From: a virus
Lineage: Duplodnaviria; Heunggongvirae; Uroviricota; Caudoviricetes
IMG/VR virus record: IMGVR_UViG_3300028260_000001
Location: 1 to 56,332 of that record
Direction: 5' to 3' (one strand)
Length of the DNA: 56,332 nt
The translations under genes were made by a program, and so were the position numbers. The notes under the pieces were generated by a model. The model ran no database searches. It saw only the letters and a program-made list of their open reading frames with translations, and was not told the DNA's origin. Positions 53,939 to 56,332 of this stretch are shown in pieces. How positions within the stretch are numbered: position 1 is the first letter of the stretch; each line of letters starts with the position of its first letter.

Positions 53939-54304
53939 ATGGCTTTCACAATTTTAGACAAGATGGCTAAGCCTGGTGACGACTTGTACTATGACCCTGC
54001 ATTCAGGTTAGTACTAGAGACGCACTTGAACTTGCTCATTAGTCAGGCTGCAGCAAGAGAGGAAATCCCATTGGATCTCTTCTATCAATACGAAGGTGAC
54101 TTTTATGGTTACCTGGTATCTCGCAGTATTCCACCAGAATACCACTTCATTCTTTTACGAATGAACGGGATGACTAATCCGAATCAATTCGCTAAGCAAA
54201 TGCGTAACCCTAACAACCCTACGGTGAATCCAGTACTGATTCGTCCGAACCAAAACCAGATCGATGGTATTGTTAGGCTCTACATGAGTAGAAAATTTAA
54301 ATGA
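53939..54304 (+). CDS. phiKZ gp70-like small protein (LysM/T4 gp53-like)
   Basis: YEGDFYGYL...YHFILLRMNGMTNP; opposite strand within the RNAP block. Confidence 0.6.
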   Translation: MAFTILDKMAKPGDDLYYDPAFRLVLETHLNLLISQAAAREEIPLDLFYQYEGDFYGYLVSRSIPPEYHFILLRMNGMTNPNQFAKQMRNPNNPTVNPVLIRPNQNQIDGIVRLYMSRKFK

Positions 54305-54308
54305 ATAC

Positions 54309-54336
54309 TGGGAGCCCGAAGGCTCCCAATATGTCG
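54309..54336. terminator. Bidirectional cUUCGg hairpin with TATGTCG
   Basis: TGGGAGCCCGAAGGCTCCCA-ATATGTCG between convergent genes. Confidence 0.7.
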
Positions 54337-55734
54337 TTACAGTCCGTTAGAACCGTATTGTGGCGCCATTGCTTGTTGACCGTATTGCTGGAACTGCTGA
54401 CCGTATTGCATCATCGGTTGCTGAACCATTTGTTGCGGCTGTTGGAAGACTTGCATGTACGGGTTCTGCGGTTGCATCATTTGCTGCTGTTGCATTACCC
54501 ACGGCAGTTGAGCCTGACCACCCGCATTCATCTGCGGCATCATTGGCATCTGCTGAACGATCTGACCGTATTGGTTGACCATCTGCTGCTGTGGATACTG
54601 CTGCATCATCGGTTGCATCGTAGGCATTTGTGACTGAGTGCTTGCGAGCAGCTGAGCTACAGTTTGCTTAGGCTTCTGGTTTTGCGGTGCGGATGCAGAC
54701 GCTGGACGAGAAGCTTGTGGTGCAGTGTTCTGTTGATGCTGGAACATGTTGGCCATCTGTGGCATTGCGCCGGACAGTTGTGGCGTAACTACTTGCTGCT
54801 GACGCTGTGCTTGTTGCTGCACTTGTGGAGCCGGTGCAGTTTGAGATTCGTTATCTACTTCGTCAGTGCCACCATCATTACCGTTCAGCGATGGGATCTG
54901 ATTGTAGATCTTCGGGAACTCTTCGATCCATTCCAGCGGATACAGTTCGATTGGTTTCAGTGGCAGAGCCAGAGGACCAGCGAAGCGATTGATGGATTGG
55001 TTCAGACGAGTAGCGATCTTGTGATACGCTTGCAGGAATGCCGTGAAGAATGGAGCAACCCGGCTAACAGTACCAGCCGAATATTCTTCAGGGCTATCAC
55101 CGAATGGAACGATCAGACGCAGCAGGTTCGAGATCACCTTGCGTTGTTTCGATGGAACCTTAACACCCAGGACTTGATCTTTGTCAGCATCATTGTCCAG
55201 TTCATCCAGGATCGGGAAGCGGATAACTGCAACCCGGTTTACCTTCTGGCCTTGGAAAGTACCAGGACCTTTCAGATAGACCGTGATCAGTTTGTTCTGT
55301 TTGTGTGCAGCTGGGATAAGCTTATCCAGAATCGCCTGGGTCTTATCAGTAACACCGGTGAGCTTCATCAGCACATCGGACATTTCTGGAGGCAGGTCTT
55401 TATGGATGGAAGTATTCAGCGACATCTTGACCAGAGCATCGGCCAGGAACGACACCAGGAAACCCAGATGTTGTTTAACGCTACGCTGCATGTGTTGCAG
55501 TACCGGCGAAGTACCTTTACGGGAAAGGCTTTCGCACAGCGGGTGATACGGTTGCAGGTCTTCCGTGAAGCCATCACGCAGACGCTTCTGAGTTGGAATG
55601 ACCAGGCGAGCACCGTTCACTTTTGCTTCGGCCTTGGTACCGGTTGGGGTGATGATACTCACCAGACCACTGTCGTCCACGTCGTACTGCATGGACTTCA
55701 GGATACCCTCATAGACCTTCGAAAGAGATAGCAT
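54337..55734 (-). CDS. phiKZ gp69-like protein (phage-nucleus import factor PicA/Imp1)
   Basis: Position between gp68- and gp70-like genes; ~290-aa folded domain plus Gln-rich tail; call rests on synteny. Confidence 0.6.
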   Translation of the reverse strand: MLSLSKVYEGILKSMQYDVDDSGLVSIITPTGTKAEAKVNGARLVIPTQKRLRDGFTEDLQPYHPLCESLSRKGTSPVLQHMQRSVKQHLGFLVSFLADALVKMSLNTSIHKDLPPEMSDVLMKLTGVTDKTQAILDKLIPAAHKQNKLITVYLKGPGTFQGQKVNRVAVIRFPILDELDNDADKDQVLGVKVPSKQRKVISNLLRLIVPFGDSPEEYSAGTVSRVAPFFTAFLQAYHKIATRLNQSINRFAGPLALPLKPIELYPLEWIEEFPKIYNQIPSLNGNDGGTDEVDNESQTAPAPQVQQQAQRQQQVVTPQLSGAMPQMANMFQHQQNTAPQASRPASASAPQNQKPKQTVAQLLASTQSQMPTMQPMMQQYPQQQMVNQYGQIVQQMPMMPQMNAGGQAQLPWVMQQQQMMQPQNPYMQVFQQPQQMVQQPMMQYGQQFQQYGQQAMAPQYGSNGL

Positions 55735-56332
55735 TCATTACACCTTGTTGAGCTTGAGACGGATTGTACATTGCAGCTGGCATTACCGGATGCGTATATG
55801 GAGTTACCATGTATGCATCATGGGCTGGTACACCTTGTTGCATCGCCAGGATGGCCGATTGCTTAGGTGCATTCGGAACAACTTCCGATACCAGGTACAG
55901 CATGTCGTTTGCGATCTTGCCAGCTTTGGCAGCATCGCGAGTAATGACCGGAGCGAACAGACCATCGGTGAAAGTAGGAGCTACGAAACGAACAACCGAT
56001 TCGTGTTGCAGCGAGATATCGATTACCGAGTCACCAGCCAAGTCCGAAGACATCGACAGTTGGAACGGGATTTGGTTGTTCATCGAAATGGTGTTCAAGC
56101 AATCGGTCGCGAGACGACGTTCGAACTCGATCAGATATGGACGCATCTCTACGCCTTCCATGATCGACTTCACACCTTCGCCATGGAACTCGAAGCGATA
56201 CTGACCAGGCATGTCACCGTTAGTCACAGCGAAACTCACGTGTCGCAGGAACGTATCCATCATCAGCGATGGAATGGTTTGCGCCAGAGTCGATGCTGCG
56301 ATCGAAGTCATGTCAGCGCCGTGGAAGTGGTT
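55709..56332 (-). CDS. nvRNAP specificity subunit, phiKZ gp68-like, partial (C-terminus only)
   Basis: Frame open to the right edge; synteny; RFVAPTFTDGLFAPVIT. Confidence 0.65.
   Translation of the reverse strand, partial: NHFHGADMTSIAASTLAQTIPSLMMDTFLRHVSFAVTNGDMPGQYRFEFHGEGVKSIMEGVEMRPYLIEFERRLATDCLNTISMNNQIPFQLSMSSDLAGDSVIDISLQHESVVRFVAPTFTDGLFAPVITRDAAKAGKIANDMLYLVSEVVPNAPKQSAILAMQQGVPAHDAYMVTPYTHPVMPAAMYNPSQAQQGVMNAISFEGL

Noticed and set aside
1-56332. tRNA, rRNA, transposase, integrase or alternative genetic code
   Set aside because: No cloverleaf or such motifs seen by eye; long genes read intact in code 11 and end in all three stop codons

Overview
A 56-kb segment of a phiKZ-like jumbo phage (Chimalliviridae, probably infecting Pseudomonas; host is inference). 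phiKZ gp numbers below come from recalled gene order and motifs, not a database search. From right to left the window holds: the non-virion RNA polymerase block (gp68 C-terminus, gp69/PicA-Imp1-like, gp71-73, gp74), an SF2 helicase, a cluster of small membrane genes, gp76-79, a virion RNAP beta' subunit (gp80), a free-standing double GIY-YIG endonuclease, the exonuclease/motif-A half of a split PolB (gp82), baseplate genes, an expanded array of protease-processed inner-head paralogs (gp86, gp89-97-like), neck/hub genes (gp98-101), and a 7.5-kb early region. That early region is packed with very small membrane proteins, about 10 of them missing from the ORF track. Main leads: (1) a candidate P2 E/E'-type -1 frameshift fusing the gp77- and gp76-like genes; (2) repeated early promoters (TATATTAC) embedded in inverted repeats that head cassettes of paralogous micro-membrane proteins; (3) a hairpin family ending in TATG(C/T)CG rather than poly-U; (4) a shared N-terminal propeptide on head proteins, an apparent head polyprotein, and a HEXXH protease that looks virion-packaged; (5) DarG-like and NADAR-like candidate anti-defence enzymes. 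No tRNA, rRNA or CRISPR array was seen.
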